Source: Candidatus Sulfotelmatobacter sp. (lineage in GTDB: Bacteria; Acidobacteriota; Terriglobia; Terriglobales; Acidobacteriaceae). Taken from it: DNA of 64,000 bases. The stretch lies in the NCBI GenBank assembly GCA_035710725.1, contig DASTCY010000038.1:7495-71494 (forward strand), read 5' to 3'. Position numbers and translations under genes: made by a program. Positions 16,362 to 24,513 of the stretch are shown here, in pieces. The notes below the pieces were generated by a model. It did no database searches. It worked only from the letters and a program-made list of their open reading frames with translations, and was not told the origin of the DNA. The stretch's first letter is position 1; every line of letters begins with the position of its first letter.

Positions 16362-17810
16362 CTAAGTTGATCGAGGGGCCGAACAGCGCTCATGGGCGAT
16401 TGCCAACTTACGTGGAGGAACATTTTGATTGAGCCGAAACACATTGCGGGGATCGTAGCGCGTTTTGATGTCGACCATACGGTCCCATCGCTCGCGATAG
16501 GCCTCAGGCACGCGATCCTGCTCGTCGCCGCTCATGAAATTTACGTAGACGCCGGGTTTCATCGCAGTCCGAAGCGTGGTGAAAAGTCCGCGAACCCAGG
16601 AGGTGTGTTCAGCATCCGCCGAAGCATTGGACCAGTTGGCGAGGAGGTTCAGGATGAAGGGAGCGCTGCGGTCGCCAAACGCGGTGTCGCTGGCAGGCAC
16701 GCGCGATGCAGCGCCACCGAGATAGGCCAACTCAATTTGGGTTTGTGGAGAAGGGATCGAATCGATTGCTTCTAGCATGCGGTCGATCGTGCCGTCGTCG
16801 AGGCGACTGAAATAACCTGATTTTGTGTAATAGCGCTGGCCGTGAGGGAAACTGGCGTCAGCCATCGTCTGAAGTTGAAGGAAAGAAATAACCCGGTTAC
16901 TGACAAATTCCGGACGGCAATGGGAAAGCGCGTGCCACAAATATGAGTTCCCGGCATCGGGATATCCAGTCCAGATGAGTGAACTGCTGGCCATCGGGCG
17001 TCCGCGACGCTCCGGAGGAATCTCGTTTGTGTGCGGTGCAAGGCGCAGGTCTATATTCCACTTCAAATCAAGCGGGGCGTCGGCCATGAAGTCTCTCCAG
17101 AATTCGAGCAGTCGGCGAATCTGAGGCTCGAAACAGAGGCCCTCGCCAAGCGTGACCGCTGTGAGCGGATGTAACTTCACTTCAAATTCAGTGACTACTC
17201 CGAAGTTGCCGCCGCCTCCGCGCAGAGCCCAAAACAAATCTGGATTTTCCCGCGAGTCGGCACGCACGATGGAGCCGTCTGCTGTTACGAGCGTGAATGC
17301 CTCGACGTTGTCGCACGACAATCCAAATCGTCGGGTAAGCCATCCCGTGCCTCCGCCCAGAACCAATCCAGATGCGCCGGTGTGCGACACAACGCCAGAC
17401 GGGAACACCAGTCCGGCCTTTTGTGTTTCGGTATCGATGGAGCCCAGCAGACAGCCTCCGGCAAAGTTGGCTCGTCGTGCGTCGGCATCGACCGTAACCT
17501 GGCGCATCCTGGAAAGATCAATCACCAACCCGCCATCGCATGTGCTGAAACCTGCGAGGCTGTGGCCGCCGCAGCGAACAGCGGTAAGAATATTGGAGTC
17601 CGACGCGGCGCAGACTGCGGCTTGAACGTCGGGAACGTTTGCGCAACGCGCGATCAAGCCGGGTTTCTTGGCCACCATGCCATTCCAGATGGCACGGGCC
17701 GGCTCGTACGCACCATCCTCCGGACGCAGCAGATCGCCTTTGAATCCTCCTCGCAGCGAGGAATAAAGCTCGTTGATTTCCGCTGTCACGCTCTCGTTTT
17801 CATTAGACAT
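16362..17810 (-). CDS. FAD-linked oxidase of the VAO/BBE-like family
   Basis: 482 aa. FAD-binding PCMH-type region with VRCGGHSLAGFS, the position of the covalent-FAD His in BBE-like oxidases. C-terminal BBE-type tail KTRYDPRNVFRLNQNV. The start overlaps the permease stop (ATGTCTAA). Confidence 0.82.
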   Translation of the reverse strand: MSNENESVTAEINELYSSLRGGFKGDLLRPEDGAYEPARAIWNGMVAKKPGLIARCANVPDVQAAVCAASDSNILTAVRCGGHSLAGFSTCDGGLVIDLSRMRQVTVDADARRANFAGGCLLGSIDTETQKAGLVFPSGVVSHTGASGLVLGGGTGWLTRRFGLSCDNVEAFTLVTADGSIVRADSRENPDLFWALRGGGGNFGVVTEFEVKLHPLTAVTLGEGLCFEPQIRRLLEFWRDFMADAPLDLKWNIDLRLAPHTNEIPPERRGRPMASSSLIWTGYPDAGNSYLWHALSHCRPEFVSNRVISFLQLQTMADASFPHGQRYYTKSGYFSRLDDGTIDRMLEAIDSIPSPQTQIELAYLGGAASRVPASDTAFGDRSAPFILNLLANWSNASADAEHTSWVRGLFTTLRTAMKPGVYVNFMSGDEQDRVPEAYRERWDRMVDIKTRYDPRNVFRLNQNVPPRKLAIAHERCSAPRST

Positions 17811-19209
17811 TTTGTTTGCGGGCCCCGAGATACAGGAGTGAGATCAAGCCCAGAAAAATGCAGAAGTTTGGAACGGACCACTGCAATCCGTCGACAAAAA
17901 AGGTTGTGGCCGCGATTGCGCCGATCAGCAGAATATTGACTAGCGTAAAGAATGGGTGAGCCGCCAAACGCATGGGCAATCGCAGAAGTTGTTCGCGAGT
18001 CAGCGCCCTGCGGAAGCGAAGGTGCGTGTTCAGTATGACGAGCCACACGAAAAGCATTCCTGCCACCGCACATCCGTAGAGCTTCAAAAAAGCGTTTCTT
18101 GGCGCAAAGATTGCCAGCAGGATGGCGGCAACGATGCCGGCAGTCGATGCCAACAGAGCGCGATGGGGGACTCCGTTGCGACTCACCGTGCCCAACCAAT
18201 TCGGTCCATAGCCTTCGCGACCTAATGAGAACAGCATTCGAGTGGAAAGATAAAGGTTCGTATTCACACTCGAAAGCGCCGCCGTGAGCACTACAAAGTT
18301 CATAATCGTGGCCGCGAAAGGGACATGAGCCGCCACGAACACGGTGACAAAGGGGCTGGCAGACACGGTCGAGGAATTGCTGGCCTGGTTCCAGGGGACC
18401 ATGGCGACCATCACAGCAATCGCCAACACGTAAAACAGAATGAGGCGCCAAACAATGCTGCGCATTGCGTGGGGTATGGTGACTTCCGGATTTTGGGCTT
18501 CTCCTGCGGTAACCGCGATAATTTCTACGCCCATGTAACTGGTCAGCGTTATCGTGAGGGAAAGCCAGACGCCCTTCCATCCCGTGGGCAGGAATCCGCC
18601 GTGCCGCGTCAGATTGGACCAGGCGGTAAGGCCGTGAGAGCCGTCGCCAAAAATCAAAAAGAGTCCAACAAAGATGAAGGCCAGGATGGCAGCCACTTTG
18701 ATCATGGCAAACCAGTATTCGAACTCGCCCAGGCGATTGACCTGCATGGCGTTGAGCATGACCAATGCGGCAGAGACTAGAACGACCCACATCCATTGGG
18801 GAACACTCGGAAACCAGAATGAAATGTAGATGGCTGCCGCGGTGACTTCGGCTCCGATGGCGATGATCTGGGCCGCTCCATAAGTGGCACGCACGGAAAA
18901 CCCCGCCCAACGATTGAGATAGGTTTCCGCGTAACAACCAAATGCTCCCGCCACAGGATGTACGACCGCCATCTCTGCCAGAACATATGCCATGACGAGG
19001 GCGACACCGGCTCCGAGCAGATAGGAAAGGATGACGGCGGGGCCAGCGAGCCGAATCGTCACACTGCTTCCCAGAAACAGACCAACTCCGATTGCGCCCC
19101 CGATGGCCATCATGGTGAGTTGTCTTTGGCTTAGGCGACGCTGAAGGTCCCCGGTTGGCCGCGTGGCAGGTGTGTCGGCGGCGGCTTCGGTGGGTTGCAG
19201 ATCAGGCAT
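17803..19209 (-). CDS. amino-acid permease (AAT family of APC superfamily)
   Basis: ORF 17803-19347 trimmed to ATG 19209. N-terminus LQRRLSQRQLTMMAIGGAIGVGLFLGSS is the AAT-family signature region. 12 TM pattern. The start overlaps the upstream aminotransferase stop (ATGCCTGA). Confidence 0.85.
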   Translation of the reverse strand: MPDLQPTEAAADTPATRPTGDLQRRLSQRQLTMMAIGGAIGVGLFLGSSVTIRLAGPAVILSYLLGAGVALVMAYVLAEMAVVHPVAGAFGCYAETYLNRWAGFSVRATYGAAQIIAIGAEVTAAAIYISFWFPSVPQWMWVVLVSAALVMLNAMQVNRLGEFEYWFAMIKVAAILAFIFVGLFLIFGDGSHGLTAWSNLTRHGGFLPTGWKGVWLSLTITLTSYMGVEIIAVTAGEAQNPEVTIPHAMRSIVWRLILFYVLAIAVMVAMVPWNQASNSSTVSASPFVTVFVAAHVPFAATIMNFVVLTAALSSVNTNLYLSTRMLFSLGREGYGPNWLGTVSRNGVPHRALLASTAGIVAAILLAIFAPRNAFLKLYGCAVAGMLFVWLVILNTHLRFRRALTREQLLRLPMRLAAHPFFTLVNILLIGAIAATTFFVDGLQWSVPNFCIFLGLISLLYLGARKQNV

Positions 19210-20371
19210 GGCTGGGAACATCGGGAGCGACCGGCACCATGAGATCCAGATTGTTCTTGAGCACTTCGACAACTGCGGCCACATCATCCATGGTGTTGTA
19301 GACATGAAATGAAATTCGCAAGCCATCGTGCCGGTTAGAGGCAACAATGCCAGCAGCCGCGAGCCTTTGCACCATTTGTGTGGAGTCCTTCGACTGCAAC
19401 ACGAGCAGCGGGCCTACAGAGTCGGCGGGAGTCTTAATCGCAATGCCCAGATCGCGCACGTGATTCAGAAGCGAGCGCGCAAGATCCTTGACATGCGCTG
19501 CAACATTCTCCATGCCGATTTTGTGAAGGAGCTGAAATCCGGGAAGAGCCGCGTAGACGTTGGGCACTGACGGAGAGCCGGATTCGAATCGCCGCGCCGT
19601 TGGCGACAGCTCGAAATGCTGAGGGTTGTAAGCAAATGGATTGGCCTGAGCAAACCATCCTGTGACGGTTGGAGCCAGCGTGGCTATCAACTCTTTGCGA
19701 ACGTAGAGAAAAGCGAGTCCAGGAGGTCCAAGCAGATATTTGAGAGTTCCAGTCAGGTAAAAATCCAGGCCCATAGCCTTCACGTCAACCGGACGGGTTC
19801 CGCAATCCTGATAGTCGTCGAGCATAACGAGCGCGCCGGCCTGATGCGCTATTTTTGTGATGGCACTGACGTCGGAGCGGAATCCGTTTTTGAAGCAAAC
19901 GTGTGTGAGGGGCACGATGCAGGTCGCGCGGTCAATCATTTTTTCGTAGTTGGCGACGGGGATCGAATGATCTTCCGCGCGTATGAATTGGACTTCTGCG
20001 CCTCTCGGGCGCTGGCCGAGCCATACGTGGCCCATGGTTGGAAACTCAAACTCCCCCATGACCACTTTCTTACGCTCTCGAAAAGGAAGGGAACTGGCAA
20101 CTCCATTGATGCCGGCCGACACGCTGGTTACAATCGCAACCTCGTCGGCGCTGGCATGGATGAATTTTGCGAAAGCGGCCCTGGCTTCTTCGTATCGCTG
20201 CATCCAAAGATCCCATGGCGACCCGTAATCGTGCCAGGTCGTAATGTACTCTTCGAGGCCAGCCTGAACGTCGTCCGATAACGCACCCTGAGAGCAGCTA
20301 TTCAGAAAAATCTTGCGTTGGAAGATTTTGAAATGAGAGCGAATCTCATGTACTTGCTCGTTGCTCAGCAT
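19202..20371 (-). CDS. class-V (fold type I) PLP-dependent enzyme, aminotransferase/lyase-like
   Basis: 389 aa. [11 protein letters not shown] near the N-terminus, PLP-Lys context [18 protein letters not shown]. The start overlaps the upstream gene stop (ATGCTGA). Confidence 0.75.
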   Translation of the reverse strand: MLSNEQVHEIRSHFKIFQRKIFLNSCSQGALSDDVQAGLEEYITTWHDYGSPWDLWMQRYEEARAAFAKFIHASADEVAIVTSVSAGINGVASSLPFRERKKVVMGEFEFPTMGHVWLGQRPRGAEVQFIRAEDHSIPVANYEKMIDRATCIVPLTHVCFKNGFRSDVSAITKIAHQAGALVMLDDYQDCGTRPVDVKAMGLDFYLTGTLKYLLGPPGLAFLYVRKELIATLAPTVTGWFAQANPFAYNPQHFELSPTARRFESGSPSVPNVYAALPGFQLLHKIGMENVAAHVKDLARSLLNHVRDLGIAIKTPADSVGPLLVLQSKDSTQMVQRLAAAGIVASNRHDGLRISFHVYNTMDDVAAVVEVLKNNLDLMVPVAPDVPSHA

Positions 20372-21657
20372 GATCTTTGTATCTCAGCCAGCGCGCCAGC
20401 GAACTCGTGAATCTCGGAGACGGTATTGTAGTGCACGAGCGAGGCGCGCACCGCGCCGCTTTCGGGAGGTAATCCGAGCCGCCGCATAAGCCGTGGCGAG
20501 TACATATGACCATCGCGAACACCGATATTGCGCTTGGCCAGTTCTTCGCTGACTCGAGCTGGAGATATATTCGGAAGATTGAAGCACAGAGTTGGAACGC
20601 GTTCCCGGATGCGATTCTCCTCCGCGATGCCATAGATCGTGGCACCGCAGTCTTTGAGTACGCGCAGCATCTCGAGCGAGAGCATTTCCTCGTAGGTACG
20701 GATGGATGCCAGGCCGCGCCGCAGGTGATCTCGCCTGCCTGCCAACGCTTGCCCGGATATATCTTTACCCAGCGATGCAAGATAGCCGACGGCGGCGTCC
20801 ATTCCGGCCACATTTTCGTAGATGAAAGTACCGGCTTCGATTTTTCCAGGCGGCTCGTCAGGAATGAAATCTTCGCGAAAGGTGGGAAGCTTTTGCAGTA
20901 ATTCGTGTCGCCCCCAGAGGAAACCCATGTGGGGAGCGAAAATCTTGTAGCCGGAACACACCAGGTAATCGCAGTCGAAGGCTTGCACGTCGATCAACCC
21001 GTGAGGACCATAGTGCACGCTGTCGAGAAAGATTTCCGCGCCGGCCGTATGCGCTATTTTTGCGGCCGCAGCTACATCGACAATCGACCCGATTGCATTG
21101 GAAGTCAGAGTACAGGCGACCAAGCGCGTTGATGGCGATACCAGAGGCGCAAGGTCGTCAGGGTGCAAGTTCCCATCATCTCTCATCTTCCACCAAATTA
21201 TTTTGGCGCCACTTCTCTCCAGGGCGAGCCAGGTGGCAACGTTGGCCTCATGATCCATATCAGTGACAACAATCTCGTTGCGCTTTCCCAAGGTCTGTCC
21301 AATCGCCAAACTTACCAGGCGGATAAACGATGTAGCGTTCATACCAAAGGCGATTTCGCTGGCCTGGCGAGCGTTTACCAGGTCCGCGACACTTTGCCTC
21401 GCGCGAAAGATGGTTTCATCGACTTCACGGCTTTTTGCGTAGCGTCCGCCGCGCTGCACATTGCACTCGAGCAGATGATGATTCACCGCAGCGAGCACGG
21501 ACTCTGGCGCCTGCGCGCCCGCCGCGTTATCGAAAAATGTGAATTGGGGAGGCCGATTTATGGCAGGAAACGAGGCCCGGACGCTTTCAATGGGAAATGC
21601 GGGATTTGACCCGGATCGTTCCTCGGCGTTCATTACGCTTGATGAGTTCGTCTTCAC
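20365..21657 (-). CDS. class-V PLP enzyme, cysteine-desulfurase-like family protein
   Basis: 430 aa. [23 protein letters not shown]-Lys context [17 protein letters not shown]. First gene of the coupled minus-strand operon. Confidence 0.78.
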   Translation of the reverse strand: MKTNSSSVMNAEERSGSNPAFPIESVRASFPAINRPPQFTFFDNAAGAQAPESVLAAVNHHLLECNVQRGGRYAKSREVDETIFRARQSVADLVNARQASEIAFGMNATSFIRLVSLAIGQTLGKRNEIVVTDMDHEANVATWLALERSGAKIIWWKMRDDGNLHPDDLAPLVSPSTRLVACTLTSNAIGSIVDVAAAAKIAHTAGAEIFLDSVHYGPHGLIDVQAFDCDYLVCSGYKIFAPHMGFLWGRHELLQKLPTFREDFIPDEPPGKIEAGTFIYENVAGMDAAVGYLASLGKDISGQALAGRRDHLRRGLASIRTYEEMLSLEMLRVLKDCGATIYGIAEENRIRERVPTLCFNLPNISPARVSEELAKRNIGVRDGHMYSPRLMRRLGLPPESGAVRASLVHYNTVSEIHEFAGALAEIQRSC

Positions 21658-21758
21658 ACTTGCTCCTGGACATGCTTGGCGACGCCGCTAAGATTACTCC
21701 GCAGGCCGCCGTCAACCTATACTGCGCCGCATTTCTCGTCAAGGACGCGCGGAGGCTC

Positions 21759-21912
21759 TAGGGGAACTCTGATTTAGTCTGCCGGGCGAAGCGGAGCGAT
21801 GCAGACATTGGAAGAAATTCCTCGCGAAGCCGATGCCGACGCCGACTTGCATGGGGTCCTTCGCTGCGCTCAGGACAGAATTAAAAGGCGGAACTCAATC
21901 AGAGCTTCCCTA
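21759..21912. mobile_element. MITE-like element, copy B (~154 bp)
   Basis: Ends TAGGGGAACTCTGATTTAG (21759-21777) and CTCAATCAGAGCTTCCCTA (21894-21912) form an imperfect inverted repeat (16/19). The interior closely matches copy A. Both copies are followed by GCTAGAA. Sits in the divergent promoter region between the PLP-enzyme operon and the ThDP decarboxylase genes. Confidence 0.6.
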
Positions 21913-21937
21913 GGCTAGAATATGTCCTCTTGGTTCG

Positions 21938-22471
21938 ATGCCGGTCACAAATCCCTTTATGCCAGTGTCGGTGCAAAATTCGAGACTGATTTTCGAAAGC
22001 TTGAAAGAGTGCGGCATCCGGCTGGTCTCCGCATTACCGGAAACCTGGCTGGTGCACCTGATTCGAATGGCGGATGACGATCCGGAAGTGATTCTGGTGC
22101 GGCTGGCAAAGGAAGAAGAAGGAGTTGGCATTTCTGCCGGCGCGCACTTTGCCGGCGTGAAGTCTGCCATGCTGATGCAGAATCACGGATTCCTGGCGGC
22201 AATCAACGGCATCGTTTCCTTCGCTCATTTATACAAGATCCCTCTGCTGATGCTGATCAGTTACCGGGGCTCGTTTGGAGAGCGCGATCCCTGGCAGACG
22301 CAAGGCGGGAACGTTACAGAGCCGCTCTTGCGAGCCTTGGGCATCCCATATTTTTTTCTCGACAGTGCGGACACAGTCAAGAAGCGTATTCGGCAGGCGC
22401 AAACGCTGGCCGAGAGCAGTTTGCAACCGGTTGCCATTCTCTTGATGCGCGACCTTATGTGGGAGGAGTGA
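21938..22471 (+). CDS. ThDP-dependent decarboxylase, alpha (N-terminal pyrimidine-binding) subunit; sulfopyruvate/phosphonopyruvate decarboxylase ComD-like
   Basis: 177 aa. LIFESLKECGIRLVSALPE...LAKEEEGVGISAGAHFAGVKSAMLMQNHG resembles the stand-alone alpha subunit of split ComDE-type enzymes. ATG 21959 is an alternative start. Confidence 0.7.
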   Translation: MPVTNPFMPVSVQNSRLIFESLKECGIRLVSALPETWLVHLIRMADDDPEVILVRLAKEEEGVGISAGAHFAGVKSAMLMQNHGFLAAINGIVSFAHLYKIPLLMLISYRGSFGERDPWQTQGGNVTEPLLRALGIPYFFLDSADTVKKRIRQAQTLAESSLQPVAILLMRDLMWEE

Positions 22472-23043
22472 TGCTTCGCCTGGAATGCCTGCGCTCCATT
22501 TATTCCGAACTGGAAGATTGCCTCGTCGTCACAATCATGGGCGCTGTCGCGGCAGAGCTGCACTCGCTGGGACATCGGCCTAATTTCTTTTACCTGCAAC
22601 ACGCCATGGGGCTGGCGTCTTCGACCGGTCTGGGCCTTGCGCTCTGCCTGCCCGAGCGAAAGGTGATTGTCTTTGACGGCGATGGTTCGCTGCTGATGAA
22701 TCTGGGCAGTTTGAGCACGATGGCACGCTATTGCCCGAAAAATCTGCTGCACATTGTTTTCGATAACGAAAGTCTGTTGTCGGTCGGTGGCTTTCCCACC
22801 GCGACGTGCACCGGTACCGATCTGGAGGGAGTCGCTCGGGCCGCAGGAATTCCAAGGGCGATCACTGTACGTGATTTGGGTAGCTTTAACGCAGCGGTAA
22901 AAGACGCAACGCAGAGCAGGGAACTGACGACCATCGTCGCCAAAGTCGAAGCGACTGGTCCCGCTGGCTATATTACCGATCTGTCGCTGCTGGAGAACCG
23001 ATTTCAATTTCGTCGGCATATTCAGTCGTTGCGGCAGGCTTGA
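22471..23043 (+). CDS. ThDP-dependent decarboxylase, beta (diphosphate-binding) subunit; ComE-like
   Basis: ATG 22471 overlaps the alpha stop (GTGATG) and follows GGGAGGAG. ThDP motif GDGSLLMNLGSLSTM...IVFDNES (GDG-X-N type). Confidence 0.72.
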   Translation: MLRLECLRSIYSELEDCLVVTIMGAVAAELHSLGHRPNFFYLQHAMGLASSTGLGLALCLPERKVIVFDGDGSLLMNLGSLSTMARYCPKNLLHIVFDNESLLSVGGFPTATCTGTDLEGVARAAGIPRAITVRDLGSFNAAVKDATQSRELTTIVAKVEATGPAGYITDLSLLENRFQFRRHIQSLRQA

Positions 23044-23193
23044 GAACGCCTTAAATCTGGGTTGCAGACTGAACGTGTTGGTGAGAAAGAGTTTTTCATT
23101 TTCTTAATGTCTTCACTTTGACCAAGTAATTCGATTGGATGTATTCAGGAGGCGTCTCACAATGAATGAAAGATTAATTGCAGTTTCTTCCGG

Positions 23194-23318
23194 GGGCTGA
23201 AGCCCGCGTGGTTTATGGCGTTTGACGGCACGGCTAAAGCCGTGCCCTTCCACAAAGCCATTGGAGATAGCTATTCAAGGTTGCAATCCCACTTCTCGCA
23301 AAAGCGGCGAGAAGTGGG
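23194..23318. repeat. cluster of three REP-like hairpins
   Basis: GGGC-TGAA-GCCC (23194-23205). GGCACGGC-TAAA-GCCGTGCC followed by CTTCC (23227-23246, same family as 11855-11875). CCCACTTCTCGC-aaaagcg-GCGAGAAGTGGG (23288-23318, 12-bp stem). ORF 23271-23486(-) across them looks spurious. Confidence 0.6.
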
Positions 23319-23372
23319 GCACCCACATCCGACGCGATTGCAGGGAACTAAGTGCGAGAGTTCGAGGACTAA

Positions 23373-24149
23373 ATGTCTGAAACGCTGAACAACTTGCTGG
23401 CAGAACTTGTTAGTGGAAAATTGCGGGTCGTCGATCTTACGCAGCCGCTGAGTCCCCGAACGCCTCTGCTGCCGCTCCCGTCGCAATGGAATAACACGCC
23501 CGCATTCAAGATTTGGGAACTATCGCGTTACGACCATCGAGGTCCGGCGTGGTATTGGAATGGTTTCGAGACGGGCGAGCATACCGGGACGCATTTTGAT
23601 GCTCCCATTCATTGGGTTTCTGGCAAAGATCTGCCAAACAACAGCGTTGATCTTATTCCTCCGAACAAGTTTGTCGGGCCGGGATGCGTGATCGACGTCA
23701 GCGCAGAAGTAGCTAAGAATCCGGACCATTTGTTGACGCCCGATCACATTCGCCACTGGGAGGCGCAGCACGGCCGCATTCCTGCGGGGGCGTGGGTGCT
23801 GTTGCGAACAGATTGGTCGAAGCGAACGGATCCGAAGGACTACATTAACGCGAAAGAAAATGGACCGCACACACCCGGATTCGCCAAAGAGACGTCTGAA
23901 TTTTTGGCTAGTGAACGAGATGTGCTGGGCGTCGGCGTCGAGACGGTGGGAACCGATGCCGGGCAGGCCGCCACTTTCGATCCGCCCTTTCCGAACCATT
24001 ACCTGATGCACGGCAGCGGCAAGTTTGGATTGGCCAGCTTGTGCAATCTTGATCAGCTTCCGCCTACCGGTGCTGTCGTCATTGCCGCGCCGCTGAAGAT
24101 TGTCGGCGGGTCGGGCAGCCCGCTTCGAGTGATTGCGATCACGACGTGA
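23373..24149 (+). CDS. cyclase-family protein (kynurenine/aryl formamidase-like metal hydrolase)
   Basis: 258 aa. Family motif HxGTHxDxPxH is present as EHTGTHFDAPIHW. Confidence 0.8.
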   Translation: MSETLNNLLAELVSGKLRVVDLTQPLSPRTPLLPLPSQWNNTPAFKIWELSRYDHRGPAWYWNGFETGEHTGTHFDAPIHWVSGKDLPNNSVDLIPPNKFVGPGCVIDVSAEVAKNPDHLLTPDHIRHWEAQHGRIPAGAWVLLRTDWSKRTDPKDYINAKENGPHTPGFAKETSEFLASERDVLGVGVETVGTDAGQAATFDPPFPNHYLMHGSGKFGLASLCNLDQLPPTGAVVIAAPLKIVGGSGSPLRVIAITT

Positions 24150-24331
24150 GCGTGTGCATCCGTTTACAGCTTAACGCTGCATCGTGAGTTGCTTTGGAGT
24201 CATTTCCTTCCCGCGGCTTCTCTCGGAATCGCGTAAACGATTGTTAACACTGGTTTGCAAGCCTCGTTACCACAGGTGTTTACCTTAGTCACGCGGTTCA
24301 CCTGTTTACGGCCTTACGCTTTCTGGTCCCC

Positions 24332-24347
24332 TGGCATTGTTCGTGCA
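24332..24347 (+). promoter_or_regulatory. sigma-54-type promoter candidate TGGCAT-TGTTC-GTGCA upstream of the giant gene
   Basis: GG and GC have the canonical 10-nt separation, with one mismatch in each box relative to TGGCAC-N5-TTGCA. Located 167 nt upstream of ATG 24514. Two sigma-54 activators are encoded in the window. Confidence 0.45.
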
Positions 24348-24470
24348 TTAAGACTGCGCCATCCCTCCCCACCCCCTTGCGACTGCCCAGGGATTCGTGT
24401 CTCCCTAATTCCCCCCTGATTCTGGTCATCGGTCACGCCGATCGGCCAGGAAAAAAATTTGCGCAATAGA

Positions 24471-24488
24471 GCGCGGCTCGAGCCGCGC
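24471..24488. promoter_or_regulatory. perfect 18-bp palindrome GCGCGGCTCGAGCCGCGC in the giant-gene leader
   Basis: Self-complementary over all 18 nt, ending 25 nt before ATG 24514. Either a leader hairpin or a dimeric operator. Confidence 0.4.
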
Positions 24489-24513
24489 CAACTCCGCTTT
24501 GTTGCGAGGGTCC

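Noticed and set aside
17786-18937. 383-aa ORF overlapping the amino-acid permease in another frame
   Set aside because: Same-strand alternative frame of a well-supported 12-TM transporter. The translation is His/Arg/Cys-rich and non-protein-like.
21938-23043. Canonical phosphonate (2-AEP/HEP) biosynthetic cluster
   Set aside because: No PEP mutase gene is present anywhere in the window, so the decarboxylase cannot be assigned as phosphonopyruvate decarboxylase on context.
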